Below, piece by piece: positions 44,925 through 58,400 of a stretch of 64,000 nucleotides of DNA (position 1 is the first letter of the stretch; each line of letters opens with the position of its first letter). The translations under genes were made by a program, and so were the position numbers. Source of the DNA: Giardia intestinalis (taxonomy: Eukaryota). Under the pieces are notes generated by a model. That model did no database searches. It worked only from the letters and a program-made list of their open reading frames with translations, and had not been told where the DNA came from. The stretch is taken from the NCBI GenBank assembly GCA_000002435.2, contig CM018790.1; one strand, written 5' to 3'.

Positions 44925-47900
44925 TTAAACCGCGGCACTACCATCGGATCCTTCCTCTAGCTCTGCCAGTCCCATGGCCTCGTTTGCGTTACGACCGCGG
45001 AAGTTTGCATAAGATATGAGTGCTATGGCAGACCTTTCCCGCCTGCCTCGTCGCTTCGTGGGTATATCGAGAGGATGCTTGGGCTTCTTGTTCTTACAAC
45101 AGAACCGCCACGAGAGGAACCCAATGAGACCTGCAAGCACGCTGAGGACAAGAACTCCGACGACAATTGGAACGTAGGGTTGAATGGCTGTTCTTGCTAC
45201 GTCGGCCTCGCATGCAAAACTGTCCTTTAGTGTGTAACCTGGATAGCATCTACAGACAGGTACTCTCCCATTATCCGAGAGACAACGGCCATGTCCACTG
45301 CAGACCAGGTTAACGCCACCCGTAGTGGATATGCAGTCTTTGTGGACGCATATGCTATCAACGGTGCTCTGATAGTTGTCATTGCATGTACAAACGCCCC
45401 CTTTGACCACCGTACATCGGCCGTTACCGTTGCACACCGTCCCAAGAGTAAGGCACCCTAGGGGGTAGCATACCGTGCCTGACGGCCCCCAGTAGGAATC
45501 GCAGATGCAGTAACCCTTATCTCCTTCCTCTTCAACACACCTGCCAGCCCCGTTGCAAACAACGTCTTCAAAGCCCGGCTCGGAACTGAAGCAATCTTTG
45601 ACATAGCAGGTTCTGGAGCTTCTGTCCCTTGTGTACCCACTCGAACAATTCTCACACTTTTCCCCGTAGTGGCCATTCTTACAGACACACTTCTTCTCTG
45701 CAGAACATACCCCTCCGCTGTGACAAACAGTTTCTGCCCCGTCCGATTCTTGCGTAATGCACTCCGTTGCCACACACGGATACACGACGCCTCGGAAGGT
45801 GATTGTCTTATATCCAGACTTGCATGTGCAGAAATAGCTATCGCCAGACCTTGTACAGCTTCCGTTGCCTCCGCATTCCTCGTACTTATTAAAGTCAATG
45901 AGGCCAGCACACTCCTTAGGAATGCATCTTCCGGTAAAGAGCTGGACAGCAACATCTTTATCACAAGAGCAATAAGACTTATTGCCCACTAGATCCATAA
46001 CGCATGTACCAAACTCATGTCCTCCGCAAACAGTGTCGACGTCGTGACCATTGGCAGACCTTGGGAAGACGCACTCCTGTGGAGCACACTGTCTGCCGAT
46101 TTGCCTGTACTTATTGTCTGTCGTATTTATACATTTGCATATATATCCATTCAGCGCAGTGTTTGGAAGCTCAGAAACTACACAGGAGGCAACAGTCGGG
46201 CCTCCACACACAGACTGGACTGTATGCAAACCGCTTGCTACAGGGACAATGCAGCGCGGGCTGGCACACGTTCCATTGACTGCAAAGTAGCCGATATCAC
46301 AAACACACTTTCCATGCACGCATTCACCGACACCACCACAGATCAGAGGATTCTGATCAACGTAATTGATGCAATCTTCTTGGACGCACGTGCTCTTAAG
46401 GACCCCTGTGATGTCGCGAAGCGTTACTTCGGTAGTGTTGTCTGTGCAGCTACACCTCCTTTCAGAAAGGGGGGTTCCAGCCTGGCCAAAGCAAGTGCCG
46501 AATCCTCCGCACACCTTTGGCTCAGCGAGAGTCGAGTGCACATAGATGCACTTCCTCGGGACACATTGCTCTCCTGTGCTCACAGCGAGAAAGCCTTCGG
46601 AACAAGCACATCCAAACCTCTGCTGCTCCGGTTTGTACACGCAGCCGGCCAGAGCGTCTCCTCCGCAGTACACGTTGTCGCGAAGACAATCTTGGTGGAT
46701 GCATCTCTTATTGAGCAGCGTGAATGGCCCTGAGCAGGCGCATTCGTGGCCACCACCGGCACTCTTCATGCGACACTCGACGAACGGCGAAAGAGCCCCG
46801 CACTCAGAGTATTGCAATTTGCCTCCAACGTACGTCAGAACAGCGCACCCTGTGTGGGTGCAGTAGCCTCCGTAGCTTTCGGTTTCGTCGGGACACTTAC
46901 AGCCATAAGAGTTAGTGGTCTCAGTGTATATGCACGACCCTATTCCAGAACATACGTGGCTCAGTCTGTATTCCCCAGGAATATGATTGCTTGGCAGGCA
47001 ATTCACGCTATAGCAGAAACCGCCTATCTTCACAAAGTTCTTGGAACATATGCACGCGTTTGTTGTAGCATCCAAAGCGCCAGCTCCTGGGCCACCACAA
47101 AATCCTATTGATCTGTGTGCACTTTCATCGGCATACGCAGTCGATAGGACACATGTAGAGACGTAGGTTGTGAGCAGGCCGCTGCATTGGCAACTCCAGT
47201 CGCCGCTTTCCCTCAACAAGCAGCTTTCGCTTCTATTTGTAGCCACATCGTTTGTGACACAATACGTATTGGGCACTATGCTAGGGCCAGCTAAAGTCTT
47301 CTTTAACATGCAAGAGTCTGCGACACAACGCTTACTTGCCGTATCCCATCTTGCCTCGCTGCCACAGTCACAATGGTAGTTTGAGGCACTAGCCTCCTTT
47401 ACGCAATCTCCTATTCCTCCACAATAATTATCTTGCTCACGACCGCTTGAGTTGTCGTGGCAGTCCTTGTGAATGCACGTTGTCTTACCCTTGTTGGGGC
47501 CCGAGGTAAATGTTACAGTGTGGAAGTTGTCCTGACAGGTACACACCTTTCCTGAGGCACCAGATTTGTCTGAACATTTTGGTGCACCACTAGACTCTAT
47601 ACCATCAGAAAGGCCATCATGTAGTCCACAGTAAAAGACCCTAGTCTTATTTATTTGACTGACGTGGGTGCACTCCTCATCAGCGAGGTATGTGTTATTG
47701 TATGCAATTACCCTTGTTGATGTGTCTGACACACACGTAATATATGGGGCGGTTGAGTCGCCAAACACGGTATACTTTGCGTTCTGACAAACACCAGACA
47801 TATCCCCAGTGTTGGCGGGCGTCGGTGATTGTGTAATACAGCTCTTGGCAATGCATTGACTACCTATCATCTCGGCAGTGGGGTTACTTCCCTTTGTATT

Positions 47901-49280
47901 GCATTCAGAGCAGTTTTCTCCAGTGTATATGTGTGAGCATGAGCATAGGAAGCTTGATACTCCACCAACCATGGCTACTTTAAGAACACCATTGTCACTG
48001 CAAACAGCTCCATTAGCAATCAGCTTACTGGGCACACAGCGTCCTGGATATATGTACGTATAGCCTTGTTCGCAGATACACGCACTTTGACTTGTGAGGC
48101 TATTCGAGCATGCGCCATAGCCAGAGCAAATAGTGCCAAAGTGCTCATCAATACAGTCACGCAACACACACTCGCCATGCCTCTCAATAAACGAGTCTGG
48201 ACAGCGGCAGTGATAAGTCCCTTCATACTTAACACACGGGCCACCATTCTTACATATTGACCCATCACTTGACACACAAGTTAGAGGAACACAGCGATTT
48301 TCCACCACCTGCGAGGCCCCCAGTATGCACTTCTCACAAAGAGAGCCGGCTGCAACATCGCCACAATCACAGGAGTAGGACCTGCCATTTCTCTTACAGA
48401 TACCAACTCCGCCGCACACGGTCATAGCTTTGCTATCAGTGCACCCAACGGGGGCGCACTCTCCGTTGATGCTGACCATGTCGGCATCACATTCACATCG
48501 ATACAGGCCAGTTGTCATGACGCATTTGCCAAACCCTCCGCAGATAATCGGAATACCAGAGTGATACGCTACACAACTTGTCGGCACGCACGACTGGCCC
48601 ACATGCGTGCAGTCCTTGTTGCACGCACATCTGAAGTTGTAGTCTCTGCCAGTAGAACCCACGTCTGGTACGCACTCTCCCTTCCCAGAACAGATCTGCC
48701 CGCTTTCATCTATACACGATCGAGGAACACACTTCAGCTCGTCTTTAGTGGATAGGTCAACGGCTGCTGCCTCATTGCACGCAGCGCAAAACTTCCCACT
48801 GTACAGAGAGTAGCACGAACACAAGTAATCATCCGAAGTGGCTATGTGTGCTTTGCCAACATCTTTTAGAACACATCGGCCGCGCCCGTTACAAGGGACA
48901 TTGGAGCTGTGAAGGAGAGTCCCTTGTTCGTAGCAATTCTTCGAGGTGCAAACTCCTTCAAAAGAAACAAACCCTTCTGGACATTGCTCACAGCGGTACG
49001 CACCGTCATAATGAGAGCATTTCATAGAATCATTGCATTCTTTTCCATTGATGAGACAACGATGACTGACCGCAATCTCTAAATTCCCACCCGAAGAGTC
49101 AGCCCCGGTTCGAAGTATCCGGAAACCAGGCTTTGCAGCGTCACAGGCGCTCCCAGACCATCCGCGTTGGCACTGGCAGAAAAGAGATCCGTCTGTCTGC
49201 ACACAATTCCCATGGACACACTCTCTCCCCACTCCACAACTGGCAGATAAGGATAGAGTCAACGTCGTTACCAGAATCAT
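44925..49280 (-). CDS. High-cysteine membrane protein (HCMP-like). It has a signal peptide, about 1350 aa of tandem CxxC/EGF-like Cys-rich repeats, a single C-terminal TM and a basic cytoplasmic tail.
   Basis: N-terminal MILVTTLTLSLSAS is hydrophobic. Motifs such as CGGVGECVHGKCVCDIGYFAVNGTC and CNGNGRCT recur. The TM IVVGVLVLSVLAGLIGFLSW lies at about 45085..45160. The tail ends ...GSDGSAAV with no CRGKA. Confidence 0.75.
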   Translation of the reverse strand: MILVTTLTLSLSASCGVGRECVHGNCVQTDGSLFCQCQRGWSGSACDAAKPGFRILRTGADSSGGNLEIAVSHRCLINGKECNDSMKCSHYDGAYRCEQCPEGFVSFEGVCTSKNCYEQGTLLHSSNVPCNGRGRCVLKDVGKAHIATSDDYLCSCYSLYSGKFCAACNEAAAVDLSTKDELKCVPRSCIDESGQICSGKGECVPDVGSTGRDYNFRCACNKDCTHVGQSCVPTSCVAYHSGIPIICGGFGKCVMTTGLYRCECDADMVSINGECAPVGCTDSKAMTVCGGVGICKRNGRSYSCDCGDVAAGSLCEKCILGASQVVENRCVPLTCVSSDGSICKNGGPCVKYEGTYHCRCPDSFIERHGECVLRDCIDEHFGTICSGYGACSNSLTSQSACICEQGYTYIYPGRCVPSKLIANGAVCSDNGVLKVAMVGGVSSFLCSCSHIYTGENCSECNTKGSNPTAEMIGSQCIAKSCITQSPTPANTGDMSGVCQNAKYTVFGDSTAPYITCVSDTSTRVIAYNNTYLADEECTHVSQINKTRVFYCGLHDGLSDGIESSGAPKCSDKSGASGKVCTCQDNFHTVTFTSGPNKGKTTCIHKDCHDNSSGREQDNYCGGIGDCVKEASASNYHCDCGSEARWDTASKRCVADSCMLKKTLAGPSIVPNTYCVTNDVATNRSESCLLRESGDWSCQCSGLLTTYVSTCVLSTAYADESAHRSIGFCGGPGAGALDATTNACICSKNFVKIGGFCYSVNCLPSNHIPGEYRLSHVCSGIGSCIYTETTNSYGCKCPDETESYGGYCTHTGCAVLTYVGGKLQYSECGALSPFVECRMKSAGGGHECACSGPFTLLNKRCIHQDCLRDNVYCGGDALAGCVYKPEQQRFGCACSEGFLAVSTGEQCVPRKCIYVHSTLAEPKVCGGFGTCFGQAGTPLSERRCSCTDNTTEVTLRDITGVLKSTCVQEDCINYVDQNPLICGGVGECVHGKCVCDIGYFAVNGTCASPRCIVPVASGLHTVQSVCGGPTVASCVVSELPNTALNGYICKCINTTDNKYRQIGRQCAPQECVFPRSANGHDVDTVCGGHEFGTCVMDLVGNKSYCSCDKDVAVQLFTGRCIPKECAGLIDFNKYEECGGNGSCTRSGDSYFCTCKSGYKTITFRGVVYPCVATECITQESDGAETVCHSGGVCSAEKKCVCKNGHYGEKCENCSSGYTRDRSSRTCYVKDCFSSEPGFEDVVCNGAGRCVEEEGDKGYCICDSYWGPSGTVCYPLGCLTLGTVCNGNGRCTVVKGGVCTCNDNYQSTVDSICVHKDCISTTGGVNLVCSGHGRCLSDNGRVPVCRCYPGYTLKDSFACEADVARTAIQPYVPIVVGVLVLSVLAGLIGFLSWRFCCKNKKPKHPLDIPTKRRGRRERSAIALISYANFRGRNANEAMGLAELEEGSDGSAAV
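45160..49220 (-). repeat. Internal tandem Cys-rich (EGF-like / CxxC) repeat array within the HCMP coding sequence.
   Basis: More than 25 repeats of roughly 40-45 aa with conserved Cys spacing (C..C.G.G.C....C.C..GY....C) are visible in the translation. Confidence 0.6.
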
Positions 49281-49429
49281 AGACAGTGATTTACAGGTCT
49301 TGGTGTAGTGTATAGTATATTAAACGGGGTTAAAGAACTACAAGTATCTACGTCACCTTAACGCGGAGATTAACATAGGGAAATTCTACAGGGCTTGTAG
49401 CACCATTTCCTTTGTGATTAGACAAAGGC

Positions 49430-52400
49430 TCATGGCAAATTATAGTGGCTAAATGCTGACGGAGGCAGGTCAAAACAGTGTGCCAAAATGCGAGATATGC
49501 TTCCCAAAGCATTGATCTTCATTTCCGTTTCGGTTTTTCCTTCGGGAAGTGAAAGAACGTGTCTGACTATCGCCTCTGTCAGGGGTGAGCTATACCGTTT
49601 TGTCAGTGTCTCTCTATCTATTTGCGATAGAGACTGGATTTGTAGGGCGCGGATAACTTCCAGCAATATGAGCGCAGCGGGTACCTCATACATTGGCCCA
49701 GAGGCCACCAGGACTGTAAGGATCCTCACAGCCTCGTCTGTGTGTAAGGAGCGAACTCCTTCTTTCAGCAGGCTCTGGGTAGAAACCTCGACAAGGTGCC
49801 GAGCAGTGGGCAGTTGAGTGCGTAGCTTGCTCTTTCTTTCCAAGAAGTCGTCGGGAAGGTTCGAGAGAGACTCGACTGCAAGTAGCGCAGTGACAACACC
49901 TTGGAAAGCAGTGTTATAGAGAACGTCAATGAAGTCCCCAAAGAGCTCCATAAAAGAAAGCTCACACTTCGCTCGAAGAAAGATAATTCGCAAGATCTCC
50001 ACGGAATAGATGACACTACGCAGGAACACCTCGTTATGAGACGGAGATGGACCCCACAGATATAAGATAGGATGGTTCAGCGGAAGCACCTTCTGGCTTT
50101 CAGGGGAAGTATTGATTGGCAGGTTAAGCCTGTCTTTAGGGTTCACAAGGGCCGTGAATGCATCAATACAGGTGCACATCTCTATTATGTAGGTGTACTC
50201 ATCGTCATAGTAGTACACATCACGAATGCAACGCGAGACGACCTCTTCTGATAACAGCGACGCAGAGTAGCTAGTGCTAGGGAACTCAATCCTCTGGACA
50301 TTGCACTGTATCTCAGAATTATCTGGGTCAGAAGAAAAGCCTTGAATCAGCGAAATGTATTGAGCGTTCAGTTTTGGAGCCGAAGGGTGGCTTTGGAGCA
50401 GCTCGTGCACTATTGCATAGGCATCGTCTTGGATCCTCTCAAATGTATTAGTATACACCTTCTCATACTGTAAGCACTTGTTTGGCATCAGCGTTGGATG
50501 AATATGGCCATTGGTTTGCGCATAGACCTTCCAGGACACAGAGTGAGATCGTCTAGCACCGGAGAAATCACTCACGGTGATAGCGAGTGTGTGCGTAACA
50601 ATATTGAAGAGAAGACGAGACAGAAGCCTTTTGCGCTCCTTATTACCAACTGTCTTTCTCGATATATGAACAACCGTGCTTGTGATGGCCTTTGGAACGC
50701 TTTCGGTCTCCGTCAGCGATAGACTAGAGCGGCCCTGAAGCATCTCTATCTTCCCATCCTGCTCCAACCAAAGAAGAAGCGAGCGCACCACGCGTATAAG
50801 GGAGTTGAAGTACTGTTTTCCAGTAGGTGGAAAGTGGGAAGCCAAGCGGTGACAGGAGCCGAGGAGAAAGAATCCTGAATAGAGTAGGGTGCGGATATCT
50901 AGAAGTAGGAGACTCGCAATGACCTTTCCTATGGTTACAATGGTTAGACGGCCGTGACTCTTACCCATTGGCGTACACATACTGACAGGTGCGTGATGTT
51001 CTAATATCAGATATGTATAAAATGCCACAATGCACTGCTGCATCAGCACGTTTCGAGACTTCTCCAACGCCTCCCAAGCGGTGTTGATTGACGTTTCCCG
51101 AACCAGAATTGCTGAGTTGACCAGAAGACAGAGCAAATGGTCGACAGCTTTTATTTCATTGAAGTGTGTGCTTAGTAAGAAGTTAAAGTGATTAGTATAA
51201 TAAAATCTATCCCTTGGCGAGGCATTTGTCAGGAGCCTCGACGTTGCAATTCCATCATTTTCGACCCCGTCAACGCTGGTGGGTAGCTTGTACTTGCTTT
51301 GAAGGGTTGAAGAAATAAAAGAGACGAATCTGTCAATGATGTACCTGAGTAAGGGCAACTGCGCATATATTGCAGGCGAGATGACGTGCGTAAGAACGGA
51401 GTCGCGTGCTTCAATAGATTTGATGCTGTATATGTTGAAACACAGAGGATTCGGTAAGTCTAGCTCCGGTAGCGTGTGTGTCATGTTGACGCTGATGCTG
51501 CTAGGGCAAGTGAGGTCCATAGATTGCTGCTTGGTATTGGTGGAAGAGGCCTGCCCTTCACAGACAGTGCCCATTGTGGATGACGTCTTATCATCCACGA
51601 AAACAACATCAGCAAGGGCTCTACTTTTACGGGCGCCTTTTGCCGGAATATTTGACTCAGAGCCGGCAAAGTAACCTGATTGAGGAACAACCGGCTTTCG
51701 GCTGATGCTATTATTTCGTTTCTGGGGGTTCACGCAGGGGGGACTGCTACCGGCATAGTTCAGGGGCAAGGAGCAATCTAGCGCTAACACACAAGCGGAA
51801 AGAATTAGGCGATTAATGAACTCACTGTCCAGATATCTGAAGCCGAGGACCTTATAAATCTCTACACAAAGGTCTTGACGCTGTACCTTATTGGTGTTTT
51901 GCCTATCCAACTTACGTGTGTCAATGATGTACTCCAATAGCTTATCTATTTTATTGCTAAACTCGGTACGTTGATATTCCACTATTTTGGTGTGCAGCAA
52001 ATCTGTGCTCGTAAGACCGTGCTGAATGAGAAATGATAGAGCATGCCGGCGAGCGTCCTTAGCCGCCGGTGCCTGAGGATCCTGCTGCACACCGTTGTAC
52101 AGCAATGAGTAGAGGGCTGGGAGAGACGCTGCGTTAGCCGTGGACACAAACTGCAGCGCGTTAGTCATAAATGCATCTTGATCGAGAAGATAATCACTCA
52201 CCACAGAGGCAGGAAGCTGACTGTGAAGATTGACATAGAGTAGCTGACTAATCATCTTCCTTGTTTCGATGTCGTCACTTTCATCCGCTTGATAATCTTG
52301 GATCTTGATCGATTGATTGCTTGAGGGGTTCCCGGAAAGAACACTGTGTGTGTCCGCAATAGCTGAGCTTCCCAGGCCCTTTGGGTCCATATAAATGAGT

Positions 52401-55400
52401 GAAGCCAGTTGCATGGAGTGGTGATCTTGAGGTGCGTAAGTGGCCAAGTTTTCGGTCTGTGAACCAAGAGAGGGTGATACAAGGTTATCACGCGTCAAAC
52501 TTACCCCGAGCTCATGCAGATTTTGTACCATTGTAGTTGCAGACAGTGGGCAATCACAAATGACAGTGTTCGAAGAGAAAGGAAATAGGGGACGTTGGGA
52601 TATCTGAGTCCAGTGAGATCCAGACTCACTTAGGTCAACAGAACCGTCGGTGATATCAGGTAGCTCTGGAGAAAGAAGGATAGAATGAGAGGGCTTATCC
52701 TGGGCATCAGCCTCAAAGGTCATACCCTCGGAACGCTTTACAATGAAGTATGGAGACGTGGGGCTCACCAATACCATCGCAGGTGATATAAAAAGAAAGA
52801 CTATGGATTCAACTATATAACCTAAACAGGCGTTATCCCAAGAATGCCCAGTTTCACCGTCGTGGCATTTCCGAGACAGGTGCACATAGGTATCAAAGCT
52901 GGATGCAGAGTCGCAGTTCAGTGAAGCATTAGACCCAGCAAAAGCACCCCAGCGAGAGCATGTCGCATCAACGCCGTAACTATCTTGCTTGTCGTTCCAA
53001 AGGTCTGGCAGTCGCCGTCCGCACACCTTAAGTTGTTTGTATTTTTTCTTAGGAAAGTGGTTGATGGGTAATCCCAGGCCTGTCGCCCTAGAATCAGTGA
53101 GGTATTCTAGAGAGTCGTAAGTCTCCCTGTAAGAGTCTTTGTATTCGGTGCTAAGAGCGTTAGCAAAAAAATCTTTCGCAGCATAGCATAAGGAATATTG
53201 CACAGGATAAGTCGTGAAGATCAGTGGGGATTGGGACAAGGTGCTCCTAATACCCAAGTATCTGGGGCTGTATATTGAGATGTAGCGTCTTAATTCCTTG
53301 AATATGCTCTTGGAGTAGTTTTTCGAGAGTACTTTGAAGATCCGAAAGAAAATATCAGCGGATATCTCAATCATGGCGTCATATGCTGTGAGAAAATTGT
53401 TGTCTTCATCGACCTCTGAGACCTCTGCGGTAAACTTAGGGATGTTACTGATAATGTTGACGGGAAGACTGTCCTGTGATAGCTGCAGGCCCGACGTATC
53501 TCCAGAAGTGAAGAGCTGCCCAAGTGTTTCAACAGCGGTCCTGCAAAGCGCTTGGCGATGGGCAGAAAAATCAGGGAGCCAATCTGTGGATGTTATGCCC
53601 AAGAGGCGACGCATTGTGGGCTTCATTAGCTCTCCCTGGGAAAACGATAGATGAGCCTCAATAAGCAGAAAGTCAGCGGACAAATTCTTCGTAAATCTAT
53701 CGTTAAGCTTCCACTGACCCAGATTGTTAAGGTGTACATCTTTAGCAACCGCAGAGCTGATTGCGCTATAGACCTTGGAAAACTCGCTCCGACGCTCGGT
53801 GAAGCGCACTAGGGTGTTATAGTGGTTGCTCTTGATGCAAAGAGAAAACAGCCGTGTGATGATTGGGACTATGTAAAACTTGTTGATGTTTGAACTAAAC
53901 GACTGGACAAGGTCAGGCATATTATTCGCTAGCTTTAACAGTTCTGTTAGAAAGATGACTGATAGCTCATAGTTCTGACGAGGCTTAACACCGGCGTCTT
54001 CGGTGTACTCAAGGAGGACCTGGGGGACTTGCGTGTTCATATCAGTAGTGTGTGCACGCACTGGTGCTGTCTCAGAGAAGTATCTATAAAAGATAGAAGC
54101 ATAGCAAAGGCTGGGGGTAATCGGTCTGTTGCATATCATTGCTAAGAAGTTGCCTGTTTCCCCATAGACATCTGCCAGTTTTATTAGAAAGAAATCAGAA
54201 TTGAACTTAGCGCAGATTTCACGGAGAGGAAGCATCAGTAGGTTCTTTTGAAGGGATATGCTCTGGATGCTTCCCGTTATGATCTTAAGTAGTCCCGGTG
54301 CCATGAAAGCGGCTCTGTGCACTATGTTGGAGCAGAACTTTTTAAAGAATTGGGAGTATAGCCCTTCAGACAGAGAGCTGGTCTGAGTGGCGCCGAGCGA
54401 GAAGGACGTTGAAGACTGAAGCATGCGAGACTTTAAGATCTTGGCCCATTGATGTGTTAGGCTGTTATTCTGGCCACGGGTCATCAGAAGTGCCAGGTAC
54501 TGACCTATATCTTTGTACAGGAATGATGGCGACTGCATTAGAATAACAACAAGGATCCAAAGCACGCAGATACTAGAGTAAGAGAGCTGAGAGGATCTGC
54601 TAAAATTCATAATACTACTGCAAAACTTGTGTGGCTCAAACGCCCTCTTCTCTAGTTCACGATAGACAGTCATATTACAATGGGCCGAAAAGAGCTTTTG
54701 GAAAATAGCCAAATCATCAAAGAAGCACGTTACCCTCACCTCGTCTCCTTGCTTGGATAACTTGGAAGATGAGGCTTGTTTCTGTGTGGATGCCGATAAA
54801 GGAGAGTGTCGTGTTTCTAAGGCGTGGGCCGATTTCGCTCCAGCTTCTAGTGCCACAGTACTTGTTCCTTCCTCGGTCATAGCAACGCCCAGAAAGTTTG
54901 AAATTACTCGGCGATGGGTTCTCAGTTTAGATTTCTGTCCTTGGATTTGGGAAGAAACAGACGGCATTTCAGCGCGTTTGGCAAAACTCTGTTCAGCTAT
55001 AAGGAGAGCTGATGGATCGTTATGAAGCCCAGAAGTAGACAGCTGCGTTGAATCGCAGTGTGATTGTACGCTATAATTACGATCATTCTGGCTATCGGCC
55101 GATGGGCCTGGTGTTCTGGTTGAAAGGACCAACCTTCTGAGATCACCCATCTGACACTCCAAGAGGACGCTAGGATTCTTAAATGCAGGACACGTGTCGC
55201 TTCCAAGGGAAGAAGCCAGTCCCAGCAGAAGAATCGTACACGTCATGCTGTCTGCTAACTTGCTGATTCTGGAAACCTGGCAGCTCAGGTTCTGCTGCTG
55301 TTGCGCATTGGTAGATTCAAGTCGCATGGAGTATGCCTGCTCCTCGTGAGAGTTGGTTTCTTCTGAGACGGTGCAGCTTTCTTGATCATGGTCGTTCCCT

Positions 55401-58400
55401 ACTGACATCACCACAGTGGTGGTTGATTCATCTAAAGTAAGATCGACTGGCTGCGATGTCCTGGTGAGACCATCTTCAGGGGCCTGAACCTCCGCCCCAA
55501 GAAAGACAGAGCCAGTATCATTTTTGAAAGAACCCCGCACTGTCTGATTAATTGGGCTATCAAACAAAGACGGAGATGAATCCTGCGAAGTCTTTTGCGG
55601 CATATAATGCGACATGAAGTAGCTCAGTGTGCTGTACTGTGCACATTTCTCGCTTTCCTCCCTGGTGCCAATATTGTAGTAACCGTTGGAGGAGATGAAG
55701 GGAGACAGATTTCCTACGGTGTTGAGCTTGCTGAGGATGTAATTTAGAATGGTCTTGATGGAGTCTATCAAACGAAGCGAAGAAATGAAGCAAGTAACGT
55801 GCTCAATTAGATATGAAAGTTTCAGATTAAAAGCAACGTGGTCGCTCTTAGCGCTGCACATAGAGATCATCATAGAGTCAAGGGCCTCCCAAGATCTTAG
55901 CTGGTCAGCCTTGAGATTATCTTGATTGTGAATATCGTAGTAGTTGGTAGAGCCAAGAGCGTGCGTTGACATGGTCATCTCACCTCTGAGACTGCTAGGT
56001 CGCAGTCCGGCTTCATGGGAAGGACCCTTTTGAGAAGTCAGTAGGATCGCATCAGTAGTTGTAGGATATCTCAAGGGATTTGATTCCGGTATTTTCTCAA
56101 AATAATGATAGATGTTCCTAATAGCCTGATTGAGTTCAGCAAGAAAGACAGTTAGTTTGGCATCAGGTGAGGCTTTGTACAATGACGGGGTGGATTCTAG
56201 ATAATTGAAAAGTGTTTCTGACTCTTCAAAGAGCAGATCAACCGCTGCGTTGGTATTCTTAATTATAGACTCAGGTGTATCTGTGCCGGGAGACACAGAC
56301 CTTGAATTAGATTCCAGGGCCTGCTGAGAGTCGGAATTACTAGATGATGTGTTAAGGACGCTATCTGATGTAGTAGAGTCCTGCTCTGCCGCGTCTATGA
56401 GGTTGCGGTGCTCGTAGATAGAGTGGAGAGGCTGATGTGTAGCAAAGCTGTGATCCACGTGATCCCTGAAGTAGCGGCAAAATCCGAAGACGTTGTACGC
56501 CATATACAAGTCCATTAGGAGCCCGTTGGAGACGACATAAATATCAGGTGAGCACTGCTTATAAAGAGAGGCCTTCTGCGCTTCGATGAATGCATTATAG
56601 ATGGTCTCTCTTCTGTGGACTAGGTCTGCGAGGGGCTTGGTCGATGCAACCAACCGTCTTGGGAGGAGCCGAAGGTGTGTCTTGCTTTCGTCTTGAGGAA
56701 GCTCCTGGTCCAGGATTTGCTTTAGAAGGTTACCATGAAAGACTCTCCTTTCAGTAGAGAGCTTATGATGAAGGAGATATGAGTTAGAGAACTGGAGCAG
56801 AAGCGACTGGGTGTTTAGTTTGGTTAGTAGGAACGAGACAGACTCTTGTGCCCGAAGTGCATTGTCAATGGTCGTTTTTAGTCGCGTCATTAATTCTATG
56901 ACATATTGAATAGAGTGAATGTCTACAATAAGGGTTCTGTTTTCACTGGGAGATGAGCTGATTAGCTTGATAGAGTCCTCAATGACGGCCGTCAAGCGTT
57001 CATGTATAGTTTTAACAATGTGTAAAAAATCCTTTCTACATAAAAAGCGTAAGGTGTAGGCCGCACGTTTCTTGAAGGCAAGGTATGAGAAGGGCTTTTC
57101 CCTCGTTGTCATTAGATTGAAAAATTCAGTCTTTGAAGGTGTGCTCTGTAATTCAGCCGCATCAAATGCGCGCAGAAGCTGGGCAGTTAAACGGGGCATA
57201 AACGAGAGGCTAGGATCCACGACGTTGTAGTCTAGAAGGGGAGATAAAAAAGATGAATCGCATGCAGAGTGCTTGTCCTGTTGAGCATATGTTCTACAGA
57301 TTGTGGAGATGACACAGCTCCTAATGGTGCTATCACTGATTGGATCGTCGGCCTGTATACCCTCCGTCCCCAACTCATCAAACAATTCATCAAACTGGGA
57401 GATGAAAAGAGGAACTGCTACCCACAACGATAGAATGCGCTCTAATACAAGGAGTAGGGGAATTGCCAACTTACGTTCTATGAGCTTATAAGGCTCCATG
57501 AGCTCGGTAACCATAAAAGCTATGATGCAGTAAAATATGGTTGGTGAGCCAAAGGTCTTCAAGTAGAGAACGAAGTTAGTGAGTGGGAGTTGAGTCTTTC
57601 CTTGTGAGATCTGGTCCTTAGAAATTATGGTGGATACTGTTCTAAGGGCACCCAAGCTATTCTGAGTCACTCTTGTCGAAAGCGGGCAAGAAGCTTCCAC
57701 AAATGGAATGTGGGCCAATAACGGAGAGAGATCCAACTTAGTTCTTTCAAACAAGGGAGTTACCATTGGAGCGGGTTGGTAAATGTTAGCAGAGGACGTT
57801 TTAGAGTTCAAGGGCTCGTCCTTCTGCAAGGACGGGGTCAATCTATTATTGATTACCAGTAACTCAGTTATAAAATCTGCTTCTCCTTTACAAAGGATGG
57901 GCGTTGAAGGCTCTAGATGGTTGTTGAGCTCAGGGGGCATTTCTGATATGCATCGCCTTGCAATCTCTTCTGATGTGAGGCTAAAGTTAGCGTCCAGAGA
58001 TGGCTGAATGGTCCAAGCAGCTAGAAGCAACAGCTCTGGTGTAATGAGGCTACCATACATTTGCAGAATACTCGAGGAACAATCTGGCAGTGACCCAAAG
58101 TCTCCCGGGATGGAAGTATTGTTGCTGGTTCGGGTAATGGGTAACTTTCCAGAAGCAGTTGGGATGTTGCCGTGATCTGATAGTGTACGGTGATGCATGA
58201 CTGTCTTTTCCCCAAAAGATGCGTTGGGAAAAACGGAGATCGGTACAGTTGTATGTTGCGAGTGCAGAGCGCTGGCAGCCGATTGCTCCGGGACAGATTC
58301 AATGGGACGGGTAGCTAGGACAGTGGCACGAGTTGAAGGTTTTTCAAGTGCGCTGGCAAAGTGGTCTGTTATATAGTTCAGCATGATCTCATCATAAGGG

